In this document: positions 54,250 to 64,000 of the stretch, piece after piece
Layout: every line of letters starts with the position of its first letter
Numbering within the stretch: the first letter of the stretch is position 1
Assembly: GCA_964016885.1 (NCBI GenBank)
Contig: OZ024742.1
Coordinates: forward strand, 194,308,001 to 194,372,000
From: Eledone cirrhosa
Taxonomy: Eukaryota
Direction of reading: 5' to 3'
DNA length: 64,000 nucleotides
Made by a program: the position numbers and the translations under genes
Notes under the pieces: model-generated
The model's database searches: none
Told to the model about the DNA's origin: nothing
The model's input: only the letters and a program-made list of their open reading frames with translations

Positions 54250-55690
54250 TCATAGTTACTCATTAATAATCTCTCTAATCGCAATTGCAATTGCCCTATT
54301 AAAAATAAATTGTCTTGATAAAAACTTAATTTACGAATGTAAAGTTATAACTGACACCAATTCCTTCACCTATTTTGGCTCCAGTTCCACCTCTTTTAAA
54401 GCTCGTCTTTATAACCATCATTCGTCTTTATAACCATCATTCGTCTTTTAAATACAAACTTAAAAGAACCAACATGGCTCTCTCAGAACTCATATGGTCC
54501 TTGAAAGACAAAAATATTAAATATAGCATCTTTTGGAAGAAGGTTTCTTCTGCGTCTCCATACTTGAACAGCTCTCTATCCAAAATTTGCAATCTCTGTC
54601 TAAATGAAACATTTACCATTATTCTAATTTAGATTCTATAATAAATAGACGCACTGACTTGTTTTCTATCGGCTTGCATAAATTCCATAACACATTTCAC
54701 AAAGTATACAGCTAATATTCAATTCTTTATCAATTTAGAATCTTTTTCTCAAAGGCACATATACATATATATACACTTCTTTTAAAAATATACCCATCTT
54801 TCTACCTTATTTCAAAGGTTATTATACATTCTATAATACTTGTTACTCATTCTACATCGCTCCTATTTATCACTACCCTTTCTTCTCTTCTTCTTTTAAT
54901 GTCTAACCCCTAATCTGTACCTTTTCTCACTCTTGCCTAACATAGAATCAATTATTACATAATACAATACATTCTTACTGTATATCACCTTGTAAAAATC
55001 CTTCGTAAACATATACATTTTTTTGACGTTAGAGTATTCATCCTCAATTCATTATTCTTTTCTCCCTTTCATCTAACTCATTCATGGTCATCTCACAATA
55101 TTTCCTTACTTAAATAACCTGTTCCTTTAATAATAAATATCAACATTTTCTTAACATCGCACATATTATTAAACCCCTAAATATTATTCTCAATACATAT
55201 TAACATTTTCTTTTTCATCGCACATATTATCAAACCCCTCAATATACAAACCTTAACTCTACACTATTTTTTTCTCTTCGTTAATTTTCAAATTCTTTTA
55301 ATTTATACATAATCTACCAACGGTTTTCAACCTCTCTATGTAAAACAATATATCTTTCTCAGTTATAAAAGCTATCTCTCTCTCTCTCTATCACCCATCT
55401 CTCCTCCTATCTCACCCTTCCTCATTATACTCCTCCCTCTCCATCTTTACTCTCATCTCCTCCTCTTTTTCATCCTTTCCACCCCACCCCCTCTAAATAA
55501 AATATTTTTCCCAATATCACACATCAATCTAAAACTACTTCTCATATGTTGATTTAAAACTGAACTATCCACAAGTGTTGTTTAACCTTCATAACCTTCC
55601 TGTTTTTTCTGATGAAAACACAAATATTATTGCATGATGATATTTGTTTTTGAAATGCGCATAATAAAATACATAGAACTCTTTTAACCA
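54250..55690 (+). mobile_element. Hydra-like PLE fragment 2 (GIY-YIG, ~900 bp 3' UTR, HHR)
   Basis: CNCP, CLDKNLIYECKV..TYFGSSSTSFKARLYNHH, LSELIWSLK..IFWKK..CNLCLNE; ends before (TA)n. Confidence 0.8.
55603..55670 (+). ncRNA. Minimal HHR
   Basis: CTGATGA at 55609, long AT-rich stem II (aaacacaaatatt..atatttgtttt), GAAA-tgcgca-TA at 55652; stem I weak. Confidence 0.7.
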
Positions 55691-56996
55691 TCTTTTGTTC
55701 TTATATATATTATATATATATATATATATATACATTTGTGTGTGATTGTGTGTATGTATGTCTGTGTATCTGTGTGCGTATGTACGTATCTATATGTATG
55801 TAGATAAATGGGTGTGTATATGTATATATGTATAAGTCTTGTATGCAGTTGAATGTCTATATTTGTGCGTTTAGGTGCATTTTTACTTATATGCATATTT
55901 GCCTATATTCGCATATTATGTATTTGCATGTGTGATTAAACGTTTCTGCGGATAGTTGTGTGGGTGCTTATGCCGCAATAGATAAAAACCAAATTAGATT
56001 TCCTTTTTCTAGCCTCCGGTCTTATATCGTTCCAGTCCTCTTTTGTGTGTCTTAGAATAGCCTAAGATTGACATTCCTCTTATCACACTATATAACATAC
56101 CAACCGCCGGACCCAGCACCATCCCATTGTCGAGAAACCTATTTATATATCAACTAACCTTTCTTAAAGTGGCTAGTGAGAGCCATCTGACCAGATAAAA
56201 TTCCACATATCCCTCGGGAAATCATTTATATGTTGACTAGTAAATATAACACATTTCCTTGGAGAGGTTTGCCAAGTAACAAACTAAAACTGCAGGACCC
56301 ACAGCCCGGTGTTTACCACATTAATATACACAATCATTATCTCATCGTTCATCGAGTACTATTTTGATTTAGGTCATCATGTTTTCACAACCGAGATACT
56401 ACATATATATGACCGGGGGTTCAATGAAGTAAAATCCTGCCTGGCACAGAGAGGTGTTGTGTAGAGTGGTTGGAGGAAGGGACGCGTGACGGGCGGCCGG
56501 GTTGCCTTTTCCACGCCTTATATCCCGCAGGCGTTCTGCGAATCGGTCAGGCTGACAGCGGCTCGTTTTTCCGATGTATATGGACCCATAAAGGAAACAC
56601 CGGGAGTGATAGATGACGTTGGCTGGTGAAAGTGGGGTGAATGCAAAATGAAAGGATAGGTATTATAGAAGAGACCCGAGCAGTGACAGGATTCAGGTGG
56701 CGGCGTAGGGGATGAGAAGGACATATGAACACGCAGGCTAGAAAGGTTGAAAGTGAGAGGGAATGTAAAGTGAGTGTGGTGTAAGGGCTGTGGTGAAGTC
56801 AGTTTTGCTGACGCGAGTGACGGCAGCTTCTATCAAGGTAGGAGGATATCCACGCTGGAAAAATCGAGACTAAGTCTTGAAGTCATGGTCCAGTTCCAGG
56901 ACGAATATCGAATGTATCATTGATAAATCTATGTATGCAAAAAGTAACGGAAAACGACAAGGGAAACAATACAGTACAATTACGATATATATAAAG

Positions 56997-57036
<40 letters not shown>

Positions 57037-57530
57037 AGATACATAATGTTTTAATTTGTTGTACACAAAGACATCTACTTCGATTTCTACATGTTACAAG
57101 CACACGTTCACATATATAGTTGTGATTGATATACTTAGGATCTTACCAGAAGTTTTTTTTTTCTCTTCTCTTGTAATAGTTGTAGGACCACACAACCGGC
57201 CAACCTCAACGGACATTTCTCCTTAAAAGTGACCTATCAAACATGCAGCAATAATCACAACTAACATCTCTGCTAAGGCGATGACACGAATTTCGAATGC
57301 ATAAACTTTTGCTACCATAAACATCACGGACATTTATTGACATAACTTTTAGTGATTTCTTCGCACCACGTAGTATGAATAACATTACCTTAATGCCGTT
57401 CTACAGAAAGAGAAAAGTTTTAATAAGTACAAACTAAACACGAAATAATTAACTATGCTTACCACGTTTCCTAATACAACAACAATAATACTGGTAACAA
57501 CATAGCAGATTTTTCAATAGCAAGAAATAC

Positions 57531-57592
<62 letters not shown>

Positions 57593-57616
57593 AATATATA
57601 TATATATATATATATA

Positions 57617-57790
57617 TTCTCCGAGCGAAAAGAACCCTCTGACGAAAGTCTTCCTTTTCAATGGATTTCTGCATGGATTATCCATTTATTTTGAGACTTG
57701 AAACCGTACGGTAAGGCTAATTACAGCAGGTACAGTGAACTTTTTAAAATTTATTTTAAAAGTTTTCTTATTTTTCTAAACATTGATTAT
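57617..57790 (+). mobile_element. Family F solo copy with HHR at 57634-57717
   Basis: accct-CTGACGA-aagtc..gactt-GAAA-ccgtacgg-TA-agg; (TA)n on both sides. Confidence 0.85.
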
Positions 57791-59049
57791 ATATATATAT
57801 ATATATATATATAAATATATATATACGCACACATGCACATACATAAACACAGAAAGAATATGAACATATTATTGACTATGAACTATTTACTGCATTGAGA
57901 CTTTATCGTTATTTTTAATGTTTCCTCATCTTCATGTCCCTTGATAGTTTTACGCTCTTAAGACAATTTAGTACATTTCACGTTTGATGTTTCCCCATCA
58001 ACTATGTTATTATTTTTCTTTCATTAAATGTACTGTTTTAAATAGTTGCACACAAACACACATACACACACACACACACATACACACACATACACCCACA
58101 CACCCACACTCACACACCCACACAAACACGCACATACACAAACGCACTCATTTCTTCCTGTTATACAAATTTCCACACAAATTACCGCCCATAGCTATTA
58201 TATGTGATTGATTTCTCTCGATCATTACTTTGCTTTTGAAGTATGGAATAATGTTGGCCCACACACACATCCAGACGGTACCACAGGAAATATTTAAACA
58301 AGTCTCGACTGTCTCTACTCACTGGAACGGCATGAAAATTACTCGTCTCAACCCGCTTTCGTAGCATGTACTACAGACACACACACACAAACAAACACAC
58401 ACACACACACGCCCACAAACACACACACACACACGCACACATACACATACACACACACATACTCACACACATATACACATGGGAAGTACATGTGCATGTG
58501 CTGACATATAATATATATATGGACATACATTCACACTGTGATTTTAAATAATGTTAAATGAAGACAAATATTGCTGCTGAATGTTATAGACATCAACCCA
58601 TATGAAATTAATCATGACGATATTGCCGGAAATGACAATGACGTCATCTAATGTTATGAGGTTGTATTATGGTTTCAATCCACTTCGGCCTCACCACTTC
58701 CTCTATTTCAATCACACATCAACACGAACAATGTACGACCAACGTCTCAACTAAAATATCTGCTTCATGTTCAAGAGGTCAGCAACTAAACCGTCTCACC
58801 CACCAGTGGTGAGGTGATCAAGTAGAATCCAGCAGCACAAAAAAACAAGTGCCGTTAAACGACCATCCACAACCAATCGAACCATAATTGGCCTAGCGTG
58901 GTGAATACCGCTGCACCTCTGAAGATACACCTTACATGACCAAAATCAAACAGAAAGAGGTGGAGGTCAGTCATGGAGGATCACTTCCAACAGAGGCCCT
59001 GTTTTGGATATATATATATACATTCACAAACACAAACACACACACACAA

Positions 59050-59081
<32 letters not shown>

Positions 59082-59088
<7 letters not shown>

Positions 59089-59250
59089 TGTAATAAACAA
59101 CATAAGATAATTATTTCATTTACCAGTGGTTTCTTGAAAGCAAACAAAATTTGCATTCAATCACCAGAATGAAAAGAACCTGGTGTATAATAAATACACC
59201 AGGATTTTGGTAAATGAAATAATTATCTTATGTTGTTTATTACATAACTA
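59082..59250. repeat. Inverted repeat after (TA)n with HHR 3' half
   Basis: Arms 59082-59124 and 59207-59250; GAAA-taatta-TC; inner hairpin cctggtgtat/atacaccagg. Confidence 0.75.
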
Positions 59251-59337
59251 TTAAGCTCTGTAACCTACATAGAGCACTCTTTTTTCCTGGACTTTTCCGA
59301 CGGAATTACTTCATTTATATATATATATATATATATT

Positions 59338-59521
59338 AGTAAAAGGAAAAGAAAATGCTGACAGATTTTTCCCACTGAAAAATAGTTTAATTAGGAAAAA
59401 TATAAATTAGTAATAAGTATTTGTTAGTATTCAGTTTTAGTTTTAAGTTTTTACCGGTTGCGCATTTCTAATGCTTTTCAAAAATAATGTTAAGATAGAG
59501 CGCTCGTGATGTTTGCTCTAA

Positions 59522-59525
<4 letters not shown>
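59338..59525 (-). mobile_element. Solo terminus of the Neptune-like PLE in (TA)n
   Basis: Matches 48058-48243. Confidence 0.8.
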
Positions 59526-59554
<29 letters not shown>

Positions 59555-59559
<5 letters not shown>

Positions 59560-59713
59560 TTCTACAGGACTAGAACTGTTTCATTCCTGATGATTTCTAA
59601 AGAGTGAAACAGTTCTAGTCCTGTAGAATCTCATCTATATTAAAACTTTTATACTCTGCAATGTATTGAGTACCTTACTTACTGTGGTTACCTCCGATTC
59701 AACCTGGAATAAC

Positions 59714-59714
<1 letters not shown>
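59555..59714 (+). mobile_element. Family A copy with short inverted arm; HHR ~59583-59631
   Basis: CTGATGA at 59587; nearly identical to 12975-13106; (TA)n on both sides. Confidence 0.85.
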
Positions 59715-59786
<72 letters not shown>

Positions 59787-59870
59787 AACATAAATATATA
59801 TATATATGTGTGTATATATAAAATAAGTAAGTGAAAGATGTAAAATGTGGCTTCGTTTATTATAAATTCT

Positions 59871-59923
59871 CTGGTATATATATTTCGGTGGCGTCTCTTA
59901 TTGGCTGTGACCTCTTCAGGCAG
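59871..59923 (-). ncRNA. Minimal HHR
   Basis: Minus strand: ctgc-CTGAAGA-ggt..acc-GAAA-tatata-TA-ccag. Confidence 0.65.
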
Positions 59924-60322
59924 TCCGAATTAGTGTGGAAAAGAAAGGTAGAAATGTTGTTGAAGTTTCTTCCACTCTGTCAATACATCGATATGTCCAG
60001 CTCCTGGGTGTATTGTTAGTCCTCCGAGGAACTGGAATCATATGCGCTAGAACAACCGAATTTCAGCGTCAAGAACACACTCATATCCAATTGGTCAGCT
60101 GTCATACCACTAGAAATTCTTCAGAGATAGGCCAGCCTGTTATAATATTTGTTATCATATTGTTTAAGCACAATTGACCTCCTTTACTGTGTTGGTAGTG
60201 GTAATGGTTTAAGAGGTCAGCGAGCAGGTCAACTTAGCATGCTGCTGCCTGCTATGGTCTGAAGAATGTATGTGTGTAGACTGGCCGCTATCCTGCCACC
60301 ATTTGACGTGGTGTGGGGGATG

Positions 60323-60354
<32 letters not shown>

Positions 60355-60357
<3 letters not shown>

Positions 60358-60479
60358 AGTACTTTGGTGCGTTATGGTCCATCTGGTTCCTGACTCTTTT
60401 CCTATTACCCACTCTACTAACCTAAGTATCGAGTATTCTAGTGCGTTATGGTCCACCTGGTTTATTACCACACTCCCTT

Positions 60480-60483
<4 letters not shown>
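60355..60483 (+). mobile_element. Family C partial tandem in (TA)n
   Basis: GTGCGTTATGGTCCAYCTGGTT occurs twice. Confidence 0.75.
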
Positions 60484-60552
<69 letters not shown>

Positions 60553-61479
60553 ATATATATACTCGTATATAATAAGTAAGAGAGACGGTTTCATTCGTAC
60601 ATCATTCTATCATCTAATACGTATTTCAAAGATGCGAATGTAGATACATAACCAATTTACATGTTTTTTAAAGAATAATCGAGATGTATTTTTCCATTGA
60701 TATTAACCTCTCTTTCATGACTAGATTCCTATTATAGCAGCTCTATTTTGGAGTGGGAAACAGCATTGTTGATGGCGTTGGTGAATGAAAGCTGGGTGGC
60801 ATATCAAGTTACCAGAGTGGTCGTTTGTTTCTTAGAATGGCTTGAAAGTACCGTTAATTTGATTTTTTTTCTGGACTTAATTTTACTTACTTAGATTTCA
60901 ATTGTAGGTATTAACAATTTCATAGTGTGGTTGTAATGATGGTGAAGTTACAATGATAGTGAGATTACAATATATTTATGTATTGTTTATTAATAGTTAA
61001 TGATAATGTTTTACATTACTTGTGGAAATGTTAACTATATATTCTGCGGAATGTATTATATATGTTATGTAAGCATGTGTTAAATATGACGGAGCGTTTA
61101 ATAAGTTTTGTGCCTACTATTTATTATATGCAAAGTCTCAGTAGTACAGACGTCACACCCGCAAGATATAGACTCATTCATATAAGTAAAAACATATGAA
61201 TGTTTTGACCAAGAAAGAGAGTATTGAATTTGGTTAATTTTTAGTGTCCAAACCAGTTACTCAGGTGTGTGTTAGGCCTTCTATCAACTATTTTGAAGGT
61301 GTAGCGATGGTTATACCATCTTTCCTTAAACCTTATAGAGGTTGCACCAATATATCTATATGTTTTATTACTCGTTATTACTCTACATTCATTTTTAAAA
61401 TGTTGTTACATAGCGCATCTGCTAGGGGCTATGGCGTTGCAATTTGTCTCGTTACTGTTCATTATTACTTCCCTGATTG

Positions 61480-61668
61480 TCGGATTGGCAGTATCGGTAG
61501 AGGGTCGGACGCCATGCTTTCCAGCATAGTTACGTCCCTTTACGATCTGAGTTCAAATCCCGCCGAGGTTGACTTTGCCTTTCATCCTTACGGGGTCGAT
61601 AAAATAAAGTACCAGTAATGTACTGGGTAATTGCTGGCCTTGTGCCTAAAGTAGAAACAATTATTACT
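61480..61668 (+). mobile_element. Full-length SINE
   Basis: A/B boxes, core, tail; ATTATTACTTCCCTG on both sides, consistent with a TSD. Confidence 0.88.
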
Positions 61669-61821
61669 TCCCTGTATATCTCATCTGTGTTTATGGTGTT
61701 TTTCTGTTAATTGCCTTGTTGTTTAACCTTTCAGTGTTTTTGCTTGCTATTGTGTCTTTATTGTTAATTCCTAGATTTCTATTATTAATCGTTGGTATGT
61801 TTTGCACTATGATTTTGGTTG

Positions 61822-61853
<32 letters not shown>

Positions 61854-62055
61854 TACACTTATAAATATATATATATATATATATAAATATATGGGATAAA
61901 ATGTTATCGTTATAGGTAATCCAGTTAGAGGTTGTGAGTACTCTGTATTGCGGATAGTTCTAACGTACGGCGTTGTTTTACTCAACAAGAGGTTTCCATA
62001 GTTAGGTAGCGAGTTCGCGAGAAGTCCTATGCATGTTATTCTTGGAGTAATAATA

Positions 62056-62297
62056 GTGAAAGGTTGAAGAATAACATGGTCGGCTGTACAAAAAGGGTTT
62101 TATTTCTAGTATTAACAATTTTTCATAGATCAGGTGAGTCTAAACGCCGCTAATCACTCGAAGTTGCGTCACTCGACCTTAAATACAGTGTTTACTTCTG
62201 ATCAAATCATCGGAATACTGAAGGTTTTACATAATTGTTAATACTAGAAATAAATCCCTTTTTGTACAGCCGACCATGTTATTCTTCAATCTTTCAA
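62056..62297. repeat. ~65 bp inverted repeats around a ~110 bp spacer
   Basis: tgaaaggttgaagaataacatggtcggctgtacaaaaaggg..aacaatt and its reverse complement at 62233-62297. Confidence 0.85.
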
Positions 62298-63032
62298 TAT
62301 ATATACTGTATATATATATATTATATATCAACTAGACGTTGATTAGATAGAACGTTTTTCACTACAACCCGTTTGGATCCATCATCATCATCGTCAAATC
62401 TGGCAAATGTATGCTTTCTTTTATCTCGATAAAATTCATTTATCCCAATATGACTGCGTACCCTCGTAAAGTACAGAAAGCAGTATAAAGTAGACATAAA
62501 AGCAAAGGTGCAATGCAGAATGTAGCTCATGTAGAATGGAATAATGGAAAACTAATAAGCAATAAGACAATACGTTGACATTCGAACTGATTTCCACAAT
62601 TTTATCTTTCCTTACTTATATGATATTATCTATAAAACCTTTGAGTTTCTCTAGAATACTTGGATTATTAGCGAATAGTAATCTCGGAGATCAGAAAATT
62701 CACTTTAGATGAACAGATATAAAAACGTTTTTTTCTTAATGCTTTCGTGCTTACGTCTAAATAATCGATATTCTTATTTATTTCTTCAAAGAAAACATAC
62801 AAATATATTTTATTTCTTGTTTTCAACAAAATTCGGTTTCTAACAACGTTTACATAATGTCTCTAAAACAGAAACGTTGATTATCATCAATGTATTAACA
62901 CAATGAAACGTCTTATTACAAGTTTCTAAGCTGTACATTAAATGTACACGGAATAAAAGCATTTACTAAGGTCTATATGCAAACACACACATACACACAC
63001 ACACACACACACACATACACACACACACACGC

Positions 63033-63084
<52 letters not shown>

Positions 63085-63616
63085 TATTTATTTATGTTCA
63101 TACACAGGATAAAAGCGCTAACTAAGGTATATAAATATAGATATATACATATATATATATAATAGATGTAGTTCAAAGCACACATGTTTATCTTCTACTA
63201 TGGTAAGCTAACATAAAAGTGAGGAGTAAGAGTCGATGACTTATATAAAAAAGTATAAAATTAATATAAATAAATAAATAATGCATAAAGTCTTCCAAAA
63301 TATCCATTAACAGGGAATTCAAGAGCTGGAATCTGAGAATGATGTAACATATCCAAGAATAGAAACTTCTTGAGTAATTTAAGAGAGTTCATTTACCTCC
63401 TTAAAATAAACCACTTAATAAATCTAATGTGATGTTCTGAATAAAGCAATTTCTCCTGCATTGCGTTGTCAAATTATGTCGATGCTAATTCATTAAAACA
63501 TATGAGGCGTATAATTAATATTTCAGTTAAACTCTGACCCGTAGGATGATACATGTAATTAGATAATTAAGGATACAAACGGAAAATAAAATATTATATT
63601 ATTCTATTATATAAAT

Positions 63617-63657
63617 ACTAGCAGAAAAACCACCCTTAGGGTGGTTTTCTGCTAGCA
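63617..63657. repeat. Short palindrome CTAGCAGAAAAACCACCC-TTA-GGGTGGTTTTCTGCTAG
   Basis: Seen directly. Confidence 0.8.
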
Positions 63658-64000
63658 TGTATAGTGTGTATATTGATATTATACGCACGTATATATACAT
63701 GTAGATATGATACATCAAATAAAAGCGTAATTGACACTATATAATACATAGAAATTGAACGAAGACTTATATAATCAATAAGTTAATCCATGATGCATTA
63801 AAAAAGACGATATTATATATAAACTGCATTAGGAGAAAATTAGTGACGGAAAATTAGTATGTTTATTTTATCGCCACCGGAAGTGTTGACATTTCATAAA
63901 TTTTCAAGAAGTGATTCTTTAAATAAACAAAATGTATTTAATGACCAGCCACGAAATTTAGTAGATAAATTATGTAATAATCATTCATTGTGGATTGGCA

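Overview
AT-rich, microsatellite-dense eukaryotic non-coding DNA with no recognisable host gene; the repeat content resembles a cephalopod/mollusc genome (inference). Nearly all structure comes from retroelements: a Tx1/L1-clade LINE (1-3147) plus two decayed copies; two inverted R4/Dong-like RLE LINE copies in (TAA)n; RTE fragments; tRNA-derived SINEs; and Penelope-like elements (PLEs) resembling three lineages (Neptune-like near full length, two Naiad-like, two Hydra-like). The main unexplained signal is a dense set of short inserts in (TA)n tracts, from about ten unrelated families. Many are fold-back palindromes and many carry minimal type I hammerhead ribozyme (HHR) motifs (CUGANGA...GAAA...UH). 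The best candidate for a new system is an apparently non-coding ~2-kb HHR-bearing unit at 28340-31980, present as a partial tandem plus an inverted copy (retrozyme-like or non-autonomous PLE). The Dong-like 5' UTR also has an HDV-like nested pseudoknot topology. All calls are by eye; boundaries are approximate and clade names need database confirmation.
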